Positions 18,223-26,943 are shown, numbered from the stretch's first letter. The stretch is 32,000 bases of DNA from Psychrobacter cryohalolentis K5 (GCF_000013905.1 NC_007969.1:2430001-2462000), one strand, 5' to 3'. Notes: generated from the sequence alone by a model not told the origin. Made by a program: numbers and translations.

Positions 18223-20226
18223 CTATCTAGAACTAGAACAGTTTAATTCAGTGCCAAAAGGGCTATTAGTATTTGGACGTAACGGTATACTAATATCAAT
18301 ATCATCTACTGAAGCTGGAAAATCAATCACTCTTGATTGTTGTGATTCGCTCCCATCTACTCGAGTATTCACGGTAACCTTAGCTCTGTACCAGTTTGCA
18401 TATTGTTTAGGATAACGTATTGAAAAATCAACTCTACCAGTATTATCTGTTGTAAAGTTCTGATTAGGTTCAACCTCCTGACCGCCTTCTAAAAGTACTG
18501 CTGCTACGTTTATAGGGTCTAAACGTCCATTCCCGTTAGTATCCTCGCCTTCATCTAGAATACCATTATTATTTAAATCTTCATTTTCACAGGTAACATC
18601 ATTTCTGCCCCAAGACTTATTTCCAGAAATATCATTAATGATTTCAAAAAAGCCTTTAAGGTAGGTGTCAGGATTTAAATTAATAGTAACTTGCTGGTTA
18701 ATAGCAGGCTTACCTGTGCTGTTTAGGACACTGATTGATCCTTTTCGGAAATAATATATCTCACTAGAATCAGTAGAAACTTTATCCGCAAAAGCAAAGC
18801 TAATAAAGGTGGATTTAGTTTGAACAGTAATTGATGAATTAGCTATTGGCACACTTACTGGTTTTTCCTTACCGTCTGGTAATTTGACAGCTTGTACTTC
18901 TGCCTTAATTATTACTCCATTTATACTAGTCGGGCTCTGTCCTGCATTATAAGTTACCATAGCAATACCATTACTATTAGTATACGCAACCCCTTTACTT
19001 ATACTACCAGCCGATGAATCATTGATCACAGTAAATTGCACAATGGCATTTTTTACTGGTGTATCATCTTTATCAAAAACTTTGGCAGTGACTTGCGTAG
19101 AGTCGCCAACATTAATAACCGCACGATCAGTTTGTAGAATCAGCTTAGTCGCTTCAGTTGACACAAAGTTTAATATAGTTTCTTTAGTTTCATTACCATA
19201 TTGAGCACTAATAGTCGCATTACCAGGTACTTTTGAATCAATATAAAAGTCTACTTTTTTATTATTTACCGTAGATGTAATGCGAGAGTTGCCTTGATTA
19301 CTAACATTAGTAGTAAAAAGTTCACCTTTGTTAGTTGATATAGTTACAGTATCCCCATCCACAGCACTTGGAACGTTTAATGTCATTTTCTTCCTATTTC
19401 CAACAATAATATCAGGTGTTTCCGAAAAGCTCAGACTTGAGCTGGTCGTAGATACTACTGTTAGAATATCAGGGATACGTTGACTAATCTTAATTCCTTT
19501 AACTTCTATACTGAACAGATAGTTATTGTTCACTGCCACTAAATCAGAAGCTTTTAAGTCAAAAGTAAAATTACCATTATTATCCAGTTTTCCAGTTCCG
19601 GCTTGTTTGTCATTACTGTATAAAATAACGTCTGTATTAGTAACAGGCGTTGCAGTCCCATCTAAAACCCTTCCCGACACGCTAAAGTTTTCTGAGGTAG
19701 TCACTATGTTCTTAGTTGATAAAACATTAATAGCGTTAGTACCAGAAACTATAATTGGCATTGTTTGTTTGACAGTACTATTATTCTTAATAAACACAGT
19801 CAATAGAGTTTCATGATCCAACTGAGAGTCAATATCTGCTTTACCTTGAATTAATTTAACAGTAACTAGTCCATTATCATCAGTAACCTGTTCGGATGGT
19901 TTGTCTAAAGATAATCCATACAATCTAGCGTCAGCAATACCTATGACAACAGGTACTCCAGCGACGATACCACCATTCTTATCGGTTACCCTAATATTTA
20001 CAACAGTCTCATCTTTGCCTGTTAACAGCTGAGTTTTATCAGATGATATATATACTTCAGTCGCACTAGCTGAAGAGTCATCTGGGTTTTGATTGCCATT
20101 TCCATTTTCTAATACTGGCGGTAGTGAATCTACGCCATCTCCACCACCACAACCAGCCAGTGCCAATGCGCAGGTTAAAAAGGTGAGCTGAAATAATTTA
20201 GAGGTAGGTAATGAAGAATATGACAT
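18223..20226 (-). CDS. Large surface/periplasmic lipoprotein with tandem bacterial Ig-like (Big_1/invasin-type) domains and a C-terminal domain carrying two Ca-binding-type loops
   Basis: Lipobox LALAGCGG. Repeated segments of the form VTDKNGGIVAGVPVV and VFDKDDTPVKNAIVQFTV are typical of Big_1. DLNNNGILD and DTNGNGRLD are tandem DxNxNGxxD loops. Composition is markedly AT-rich. Confidence 0.7.
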   Translation of the reverse strand: MSYSSLPTSKLFQLTFLTCALALAGCGGGDGVDSLPPVLENGNGNQNPDDSSASATEVYISSDKTQLLTGKDETVVNIRVTDKNGGIVAGVPVVIGIADARLYGLSLDKPSEQVTDDNGLVTVKLIQGKADIDSQLDHETLLTVFIKNNSTVKQTMPIIVSGTNAINVLSTKNIVTTSENFSVSGRVLDGTATPVTNTDVILYSNDKQAGTGKLDNNGNFTFDLKASDLVAVNNNYLFSIEVKGIKISQRIPDILTVVSTTSSSLSFSETPDIIVGNRKKMTLNVPSAVDGDTVTISTNKGELFTTNVSNQGNSRITSTVNNKKVDFYIDSKVPGNATISAQYGNETKETILNFVSTEATKLILQTDRAVINVGDSTQVTAKVFDKDDTPVKNAIVQFTVINDSSAGSISKGVAYTNSNGIAMVTYNAGQSPTSINGVIIKAEVQAVKLPDGKEKPVSVPIANSSITVQTKSTFISFAFADKVSTDSSEIYYFRKGSISVLNSTGKPAINQQVTINLNPDTYLKGFFEIINDISGNKSWGRNDVTCENEDLNNNGILDEGEDTNGNGRLDPINVAAVLLEGGQEVEPNQNFTTDNTGRVDFSIRYPKQYANWYRAKVTVNTRVDGSESQQSRVIDFPASVDDIDISIPLRPNTNSPFGTELNCSSSR

Positions 20227-20669
20227 ATTTGGAACTCCGCAGCGGCAATCATTTATATAAGTAAACAGGCAAAATCATTACACGGCATCCTAATAGATTG
20301 GTAATGATACATACATTTACAATAATGCCAATATTATTAACAGATTGTATTAGATATATAACTGAGACTTTACTGACTTTTGTCATAACTTACAACTAAA
20401 AAGTGAATCCTTATTATTAAATAATCAATAACATAGGGCGCTCATTTCAGGGTATAATAGCTACCCTTTAAACCAACAACTATCACAAAAATATTTGAGT
20501 ATTCATTACTTTTATGGTATAAATGTCGGCTTTAAAATTTTCTGATTTGGTTTGCCTGTTATTTGCCTTTAGATGACAGTAAATCAGCTCAACCTTCATA
20601 TAGTTTTGTTTGGTGCAAAGCTGCCGCTTGCTGTGTCCATGCCGCAAATACGTGCAACTTGCCCAGACT

Positions 20670-20690
20670 GGTATGAGAAAAACTCATACC
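20670..20690 (+). promoter_or_regulatory. Perfect 8 bp stem / 5 nt loop hairpin in the rpmB 5' leader, ending 8 nt before the Shine-Dalgarno
   Basis: ggtatgag-aaaaa-ctcatacc. The SD taggag is at 20699-20704 and the ATG at 20711. Confidence 0.4.
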
Positions 20691-20710
20691 TCATAGATTA
20701 GGAGTTCGCC

Positions 20711-20947
20711 ATGTCTAGAGTTTGCCAAGTGACTGGAAAGCGCCCTATGGTGGGTAATAATGTTTCGCACGCAAACAACAAAACCCGTCGTCGCTTTCTA
20801 CCAAACCTTCACAACCATCGTTTTTGGGTAGAGTCTGAAAATCGTTTTGTACGTCTACGTGTGTCTACCAAAGGTATGCGCATCATTGACAAATTGGGTA
20901 TCGATAAAGTGCTAGTAGATCTACGCGCACAAGGTCAAAAAGTTTAA
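20711..20947 (+). CDS. rpmB: 50S ribosomal protein L28
   Basis: [33 protein letters not shown] is the canonical L28 N-terminus. A strong SD (aggag) lies upstream. Confidence 0.97.
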   Translation: MSRVCQVTGKRPMVGNNVSHANNKTRRRFLPNLHNHRFWVESENRFVRLRVSTKGMRIIDKLGIDKVLVDLRAQGQKV

Positions 20948-21112
20948 GTAAATATTGGCAGCCTAATTTATTGATGAATGTCGCTATTTAGGCTGCTGCT
21001 ATGCTGAATATTTACCAGCTCATATATTTATGACTGGATACTATCTACAGCCACTTAATACTTTAGACCCATACCTATCGATTTAAGACCGCTCATTTAC
21101 AGGAAAGCCATC

Positions 21113-21268
21113 ATGAGAGATAAAATTAAATTAGTATCAACTGCTGGTACTGGGTATTACTATACCACTACCAAAAACAAGCGCACTATGCCTGGCAAAA
21201 TGGAAATCAAAAAATTTGATCCAAAAGTACGTCAGCATGTGATCTTTAAAGAAGCAAAAATCAAATAA
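21113..21268 (+). CDS. rpmG: 50S ribosomal protein L33
   Basis: Hand translation gives [51 protein letters not shown]. The SD aggaaag is upstream. It is absent from the ORF track because 51 aa is below the cut-off. Confidence 0.95.
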   Translation: MRDKIKLVSTAGTGYYYTTTKNKRTMPGKMEIKKFDPKVRQHVIFKEAKIK

Positions 21269-21298
21269 TCTCCATTTTTATAAATGGTTTTGTTTGAA

Positions 21299-21334
21299 CA
21301 AAAAAAGGGTTTATCAATTGATAAACCCTTTTTT
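21299..21334. terminator. Bidirectional rho-independent terminator after rpmG, convergent with the 21387-21698 gene
   Basis: aaaaaaagggtttatcaattgataaaccctttttt: a perfect palindromic stem with A/T runs. Confidence 0.85.
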
Positions 21335-21386
21335 ATTGTCGTTATTTAGACTGACTACTATTTATTTGCTATTGATTCATACATCA

Positions 21387-21698
21387 TTAACTATAGTGCG
21401 TCGGCTCTTTGTCATAGACATGTGCATGCCATTGACTCATCTGCTTTTGCATAATCACTTGGATTGCAGCATGAATCATATGCTGCCCGATCGCTTGGGT
21501 ATCACTACCTAATATCTCTTTTAACTTATCAGAAAAATCAATGGTCATAAGCGGCGCATCGTCTTGTTCAGCATCACGTAAGAGCAATTTGCCATCGTCT
21601 GCTTCTACCAGCTCAAGGGTCGTCTCTTTGGCAAACCCTGCAAACTGATCGGTACTGTCATTATCTACTTCAATCTCATTATCGATATCGTATGGCAT
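21387..21698 (-). CDS. Hypothetical acidic cytoplasmic protein (103 aa)
   Basis: An ATG-initiated ORF with aaggatacaatga upstream. The N-terminal two-thirds are very acidic (DIDNEIEVDNDSTD, VEADDG, DAEQDD). The C-terminal helix is His-rich (HMIHAAIQVIMQKQMSQWHAH). No family was recognised. Confidence 0.55.
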   Translation of the reverse strand: MPYDIDNEIEVDNDSTDQFAGFAKETTLELVEADDGKLLLRDAEQDDAPLMTIDFSDKLKEILGSDTQAIGQHMIHAAIQVIMQKQMSQWHAHVYDKEPTHYS

Positions 21699-21899
21699 TC
21701 ATTGTATCCTTATTATCCCGATTTATACCTGTAAAAAACGCGCTGATTCCACTTACTAAAGCTACTGTCTTACAGTCATGCGGGCAAAACTATCTTATTC
21801 ATACAATGGACGCTTTGGCGCTATAATTCAAGGGCTGTTCTATAAGTCTTTTGCACAACTCAGGTTCGATAGTCTTAGTTTTATAGAAATTAGCAGCGT

Positions 21900-22211
21900 T
21901 TAACGCCAGTAACGCAGTTTTGCTAGGGTAAATAAGAAAGCAACAAACATACCCAGATAGTACATGAGCTTTAACTCTAATGTTGGATCGCGATATTTGA
22001 ACGGTAACGCTACTGTCGCAGTCGCGGTTGGCAGTATCAATAACATGAGCAGCCAGTTTTCAAAGACGTGTAGCCAACCTTGTAAATCAGTTCCATGACG
22101 AAGCGAAGACAGACCTAGCAGCAGACAGGCAATAATTAAGCTGGTAAATAAACCGTTTGGTAAGTCTTTTGGATAAATAATATTGGCAATACTGGTCGGT
22201 ATGATTCTCAT
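21900..22211 (-). CDS. Hypothetical small membrane protein (103 aa, ~3 TM)
   Basis: Three hydrophobic segments end in the basic tail LRYWR. No family was recognised and the SD is weak. Confidence 0.45.
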   Translation of the reverse strand: MRIIPTSIANIIYPKDLPNGLFTSLIIACLLLGLSSLRHGTDLQGWLHVFENWLLMLLILPTATATVALPFKYRDPTLELKLMYYLGMFVAFLFTLAKLRYWR

Positions 22212-22332
22212 GTAGAATTCCAGTCAAGCTTATAGAGCATGACTTAACGGTGAAAAAGTGTATCAAAAAACAACTTATAAAAATATTACAATGTTATCTT
22301 TATTAAGGAGCTTTATCTCTACTAATAAAAAT

Positions 22333-22677
22333 TTAACTATAAGTACCCATTAACCACAGCATTGAGATACAAGAGGTCAAATACCCCAAACTAATGGCAT
22401 TCCAGCTCTCTATATGCATATCTTTAACCTTGTTAAGTAGGCGTGAACCTAGCCAAAATAAAAGGGGAATGCCTAGCATAAATGCGGGTACGATCACCGC
22501 CGCGTGGCGTAATACTTCACCGGCATCTTCACCAACCATCAGGCGAAAGCCATAACCTGCCAGACTCAGAACAAGGGCGAACATGGCTAAGCCAATAGTA
22601 ATACCTTTTGGCACTAAGCTACGTGATTGCAAGTCTTGCTGGGACTCGGCTCGATGTTTTGCATTTTGCATATTCAT
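22333..22677 (-). CDS. Hypothetical small membrane protein (114 aa, ~3 TM)
   Basis: A polar N-terminus is followed by three hydrophobic segments. aaagg lies ~7 nt upstream of the ATG. No family was recognised. Confidence 0.5.
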   Translation of the reverse strand: MNMQNAKHRAESQQDLQSRSLVPKGITIGLAMFALVLSLAGYGFRLMVGEDAGEVLRHAAVIVPAFMLGIPLLFWLGSRLLNKVKDMHIESWNAISLGYLTSCISMLWLMGTYS

Positions 22678-22782
22678 ATTTTACCTTTAGCTGACATGTC
22701 GCTTAATATACTCAGTCATACAGCGGCTATTAATAATAGGTAACTTTACTATTTAATAGTAAATAACTTACTATATGGGGCG

Positions 22783-23472
22783 TTACTCCCCATTTGCCAA
22801 GGCAAGCTCTGCACGCATGGCATCGATTGCTGCTTTATAATCTTCTTGATTAAATATCGCTGAACCGGCGACGAACATATCAGCACCTGCTTCGGCAATG
22901 GCGCGGATATTACTGGCTTTGATACCGCCATCTACTTCTAATCTAATATCACGACCGCTAGTAATGATACGCTGACGTACTTGGCGAACCTTTTCTAGCG
23001 TCCCTTCAATAAATGACTGACCACCGTAGCCAGGATTGACACTCATCAGTAGGACCTGATCCACTTTATCCATGACATAGTCTAAATAATGCAATGGTGT
23101 TGCTGGATTCAATACCAAACCACACTCAGCGCCGCCATCTTTAATCAACTGCAAAGAGCGATCGATATGCGAGCTTGCTTCCGGATGAAATGTGATGATG
23201 CTGGCACCTGCCTCTAAGAACTGCTCAATCATACTATCAACAGGGCTAACCATTAGATGCACGTCAATTGGTGCATCAATCCCATAATCACGCAGTGCCT
23301 TACAAATCATGCTACCAAACGTCAAATTGGGTACATAATGGTTGTCCATCACATCAAAATGGATGACATCAGCACCAGACGCCAATACACGTTCTACTTC
23401 TTCGCCTAATTTGGCAAAGTCAGCAGATAATATGGAAGGGGCGATTAGATACGGCTTAGAGGGACTGATCAT
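22783..23472 (-). CDS. rpe: Ribulose-phosphate 3-epimerase
   Basis: [49 protein letters not shown]. The start is moved to the ATG at 23470-23472 (229 aa); the track adds 20 unsupported residues. Confidence 0.93.
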   Translation of the reverse strand: MISPSKPYLIAPSILSADFAKLGEEVERVLASGADVIHFDVMDNHYVPNLTFGSMICKALRDYGIDAPIDVHLMVSPVDSMIEQFLEAGASIITFHPEASSHIDRSLQLIKDGGAECGLVLNPATPLHYLDYVMDKVDQVLLMSVNPGYGGQSFIEGTLEKVRQVRQRIITSGRDIRLEVDGGIKASNIRAIAEAGADMFVAGSAIFNQEDYKAAIDAMRAELALANGE

Positions 23473-23624
23473 AATTGAGCTACCTAATGGATATTTGACT
23501 AAGGATTTAATATATAGATGTATGCATAGCACGAATAATACGTATGTCTATTATAACGGATAATCAGGGTCTATAATGGGTACTTAGTATGGGTATTATA
23601 GCCATACTCAGCACATGCAGACAA

Positions 23625-24098
23625 TTAGCGCGGTTTATATTGGGTTTTGCAATAAGCACGACCTACCGTAAAACTTCGTATCGCTTCATGCTTGGTAGCG
23701 CGATTGCTCACACGTTGACGCCATAAGCGAAACGAGGACGGTTTTAGCGCCTGACGCATCAGTATAATGACGCCAGACTCATTGAGACCATAGCTATGCT
23801 CTATCGCCTCAAACGGTGTCCTGTCCTCCCATGCCATTTCTATCACGCGCAACACTTGTGACTCATCGAGGGCATGAATAGTCATATCATTCGTGGAAGG
23901 GGCGATAACTGAGATTGATTTGACTGCATGAGTTTGAGGATTATTTAAATTGGTACTGGCATTGTCTCGCTGTTTATTCTTTAAAGCAGTATCCATATCC
24001 GCTTGCATGGTGGCAAACGTAGATGTAGCAGCAACGGAATTACCCTCTACTGATGGAGTATCGACAGTAACGGTACTTAAATCTTGATAACTTGCCAT
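23625..24098 (-). CDS. TIGR03643/DUF2805 family protein with a long low-complexity N-terminal region (start uncertain)
   Basis: The C-terminal ~80 aa (VIEMAWEDRTPFEAIEHSYGLNESGVIILMRQALKPSSFRLWRQRV) match the DUF2805 core as I recall it. An alternative ATG is at 23883-23885. Confidence 0.65.
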   Translation of the reverse strand: MASYQDLSTVTVDTPSVEGNSVAATSTFATMQADMDTALKNKQRDNASTNLNNPQTHAVKSISVIAPSTNDMTIHALDESQVLRVIEMAWEDRTPFEAIEHSYGLNESGVIILMRQALKPSSFRLWRQRVSNRATKHEAIRSFTVGRAYCKTQYKPR

Positions 24099-24151
24099 AG
24101 ATACGACCTTTTAAATCTGAAAAACCATAACGAACAATATGAGAGCAAATT

Positions 24152-25048
24152 TTAGCTAAGCTGTGCCATACGCCAGTGATGTTCAATATGCTCATTGATC
24201 ACTGTTTGAATAAAATAATAGCTATGGTCGTGATCAGCTTGATAGCGCAATGTTAATGGCTGCTTGGCCTTTGTACAGGCTTGTTGTAACTTTGACGTTT
24301 GTAATTGACCATCGGCCAAAAACTCGTCGGCAGCACCTTGGTCAACCAAGATGCTTGAGTATTGCTGACCGACTTGTTCAATCATCTGAGAAGCGTCTGC
24401 TTGCGCCCACAAGCTCTTGTCATCACCAAAATACTCTGTATAAGCTGCTTGACCCCATGCCGACTCACTAGCGGCGCACACAGGTGATAAAGCTGACACA
24501 CTGACAAACTTGCTTGGGAATTTAAAGCCTAATAATAAGGCACCGTGACCACCCATCGAGTGACCCGTGATACCAATACTATCAATCGGAAACTCTGAGC
24601 GTAATAAATCATACAGCTCATCAACGATGTAACTTTGCATATTAAAATGCTCAGCCCAAGGTGCTTGCGTCGCATCGACATAGTAGCTTGCGCCTTGACC
24701 AACAAAATAACGCTCATCATTTGCTACGTCATTGCCTTCACTACTTCTAGGAGAGGTATCTGGCGCGATAAATATCATACCAAGCTCACTACATTTCTGT
24801 TGAAAATGCGCTTTGTGCGTCACGTTATCAGCATTACAAGTGAGACCTGATAAATACAAAATCGCCGGACAACGCTGCCCTGCTAGTGCCTCATCAGGCA
24901 GATAAATACTAAAGGTCATCGGCGTCTTGGTAGCCGCTGATTGATGACTGTAATAACGCTGCTCACCATCAAAACAACGATTGACACTTTTTTGCGTAAG
25001 CTGGGTGCTGGCTGAGAGACTGTGGTTATAAGAATTATTCATAAGCAT
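24152..25048 (-). CDS. frmB: S-formylglutathione hydrolase (esterase D family)
   Basis: LSGLTCN, APDTSPR, GQGASYYVDATQAPW, GHSMGGHGAL and DHSYYF are collinear with E. coli FrmB/YeiG. Confidence 0.92.
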   Translation of the reverse strand: MLMNNSYNHSLSASTQLTQKSVNRCFDGEQRYYSHQSAATKTPMTFSIYLPDEALAGQRCPAILYLSGLTCNADNVTHKAHFQQKCSELGMIFIAPDTSPRSSEGNDVANDERYFVGQGASYYVDATQAPWAEHFNMQSYIVDELYDLLRSEFPIDSIGITGHSMGGHGALLLGFKFPSKFVSVSALSPVCAASESAWGQAAYTEYFGDDKSLWAQADASQMIEQVGQQYSSILVDQGAADEFLADGQLQTSKLQQACTKAKQPLTLRYQADHDHSYYFIQTVINEHIEHHWRMAQLS

Positions 25049-25083
25049 TATCCTTTTTAGCTAAGATAAAATAGTTGAAAACA

Positions 25084-25105
25084 GATGCTTATTTAAAAAA
25101 GCATC
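25084..25105 (-). terminator. Probable terminator after the C13 peptidase gene
   Basis: On the minus strand: gatgctt-ttttaaat-aagcatc, followed by tgttttc. The U-run is modest. Confidence 0.5.
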
Positions 25106-25126
25106 AGATTAAAAATGGGATAAAAA

Positions 25127-26608
25127 TCAGTTCGCTGTGTTCTTATCATCTACAACTGTATCTGCGCCCGTATCCGGTGAAATATTGATAGTCGTTGTCG
25201 CATTCGAAGTATCTATAATGCTAGCAAGCGGCGGTCGTGTTTTATCAAATAACACTTGCTCAAATGCTGGCAACGCCGTTTCCATCAAACTACCGATCAC
25301 CATTTGCGGCTCTGATGGCTCAAAACCCATATAAAGCTCACGCTCTTTTACTCGATAAGCGGCGTCTTTAAAGGCAGCAGAAAAACTGGTGTTTTCTCTT
25401 AAGCTTTCAGCAAAAAATGCTTGCCCAAAATAGGTCATTTCAGCACTATTGGTACAGCCAAATGACATCTTGTCTGTTGCCGAAGCGGTAATCACCACTG
25501 TCGTCGGCGACGCTAATTCATCAATAAACGAACCTGAATAACAAGCCGATACCACGATAACACGCCAGCGAATACCTGAGGCATCTAACGACTCTCGCAG
25601 CCATGTTGCATCCAGATTATCCATCGCAAGCGGTGGATTAGATAAATGGATAAAATCCTGATCGCCATGCGACGATAGTGTCATAAATAACACGTCTTCA
25701 TCAGCGTTCATCTGCTGACCAATTCTTTTTAAGCCGCGTAAAATACTGGTTTTGGTGGCAATTGGCTCATCTAGCCAAGTGTAGTTATTATTAATCAGTG
25801 CCAATGAATGCCCGCTAGTACCAAAACGCACATCAAACAGCTCACGTACTTTATTAATCTCAGAACGGAAGACGTTTTGATCAGAGAATCCCGCCACACC
25901 CATAAAGTACCAATCACTTTTGCCCGGTATACTAGGATCTATACGAGCCAGCGCCTCTTGTAATAAACGCGGCTGCTCATATAAGGCGGCTTCTTCTAAT
26001 ACTGGCTCTACGGGTATCTGCTTAAATATGGGCTGGTCAGCGACGTTACGCTGCCATATCGTCAATAGTGCAACAGCACCGATGATGACGATGATCCGCT
26101 CCCACCACGGTATACGCAGGCGACGAGAAAATATCCATAACAATGCCAAGGTCTGCCATAAAAACAGCACCAAAAATAGCGTTGGTAAAAACGAATAACT
26201 CCAATCGGGCAACCAGCTATAGCTACCTAAAAACTGTACTAAGCTTTGTAATAGAGCAGATAAAGTATCAGCAACCAACCACAGTACGACAGGCACAAAA
26301 ACCAGTGCTTGATTGGCTGCGCGCCGTGCCAGAATAATGCCGCCAAGCAGAATAATCATCGGCCATATGAGATAGCTGACCAATCCTTGCTCATTGAAAA
26401 TACTGCCATCTGGAGCGGCTAACCAAGAAAATAGGACATTACTACCCAAAGCCAATAGCGCAAATACAGCGAACTGAACAAAGGTAGGTTTAACCCAAGA
26501 GAATGCCCGTGTTGAGCCTACTAGCATCCACAAGGTTGCAATAATATTGGCAGCGAAATTGAGCGAAAAGCGCTGCAATGAGACGGTTTTTAACGACGCA
26601 AGTGACAA
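25127..26608 (-). CDS. Polytopic membrane-anchored peptidase C13 (legumain-like, clan CD caspase fold) family protein
   Basis: About 6 TM helices occupy the first ~190 aa. The soluble domain has VLFMTLSSHGD (His codon 25667-25669) and RVIVVSACYSG (Cys codon 25541-25543), matching the clan CD His-Gly / Ala-Cys dyad context. The TTG start has GAGG ~10 nt upstream, and an in-frame TAG lies 5 codons upstream. Confidence 0.75.
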   Translation of the reverse strand: MSLASLKTVSLQRFSLNFAANIIATLWMLVGSTRAFSWVKPTFVQFAVFALLALGSNVLFSWLAAPDGSIFNEQGLVSYLIWPMIILLGGIILARRAANQALVFVPVVLWLVADTLSALLQSLVQFLGSYSWLPDWSYSFLPTLFLVLFLWQTLALLWIFSRRLRIPWWERIIVIIGAVALLTIWQRNVADQPIFKQIPVEPVLEEAALYEQPRLLQEALARIDPSIPGKSDWYFMGVAGFSDQNVFRSEINKVRELFDVRFGTSGHSLALINNNYTWLDEPIATKTSILRGLKRIGQQMNADEDVLFMTLSSHGDQDFIHLSNPPLAMDNLDATWLRESLDASGIRWRVIVVSACYSGSFIDELASPTTVVITASATDKMSFGCTNSAEMTYFGQAFFAESLRENTSFSAAFKDAAYRVKERELYMGFEPSEPQMVIGSLMETALPAFEQVLFDKTRPPLASIIDTSNATTTINISPDTGADTVVDDKNTAN

Positions 26609-26880
26609 AGACTTAGACCTCTAGCCAGTCGAGAGAAATAAAACAAATCAATGATAAAATATTTTGATATCCATGCCGTTTACTGTCTTTCAATTAACTC
26701 TTTTGCAAGGCACACGAATGTCAATTTTATATTTAATTTACTATGAAATGGATATAAGAGACGGATAGCGCACATCAATATTATTGACTAATATTTTAGC
26801 TCGCTAATCTATCGCGATTGTAACGGATTGTCGGTCAAGAGCATAAGGCTGAATTGTAAAATTCGCTTAAAAACCCATCA

Positions 26881-26915
26881 AAAAAGGAGGTCTTAAACTT
26901 AAGACCTCCTTTTTT
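26881..26915 (-). terminator. Rho-independent terminator after htpG
   Basis: aaaaaggaggtcttaa-ac-ttaagacctcctttttt: a perfect stem with a U-run. Confidence 0.85.
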
Positions 26916-26943
26916 ATCAAAACCTTCTATCAAACCTTGAACA

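Noticed and set aside
20573-20701. A 42-codon upstream ORF (MTVNQLNLHIVLFGAKLPLAVSMPQIRATCPDWYEKNSYLID*) whose TAG stop overlaps the rpmB Shine-Dalgarno. This suggests a leader peptide or translational coupling.
   Set aside because: No Shine-Dalgarno precedes its ATG, there is no recognisable peptide family, and an ORF of this length is easily produced by chance. It would be worth revisiting only if it is conserved in relatives.
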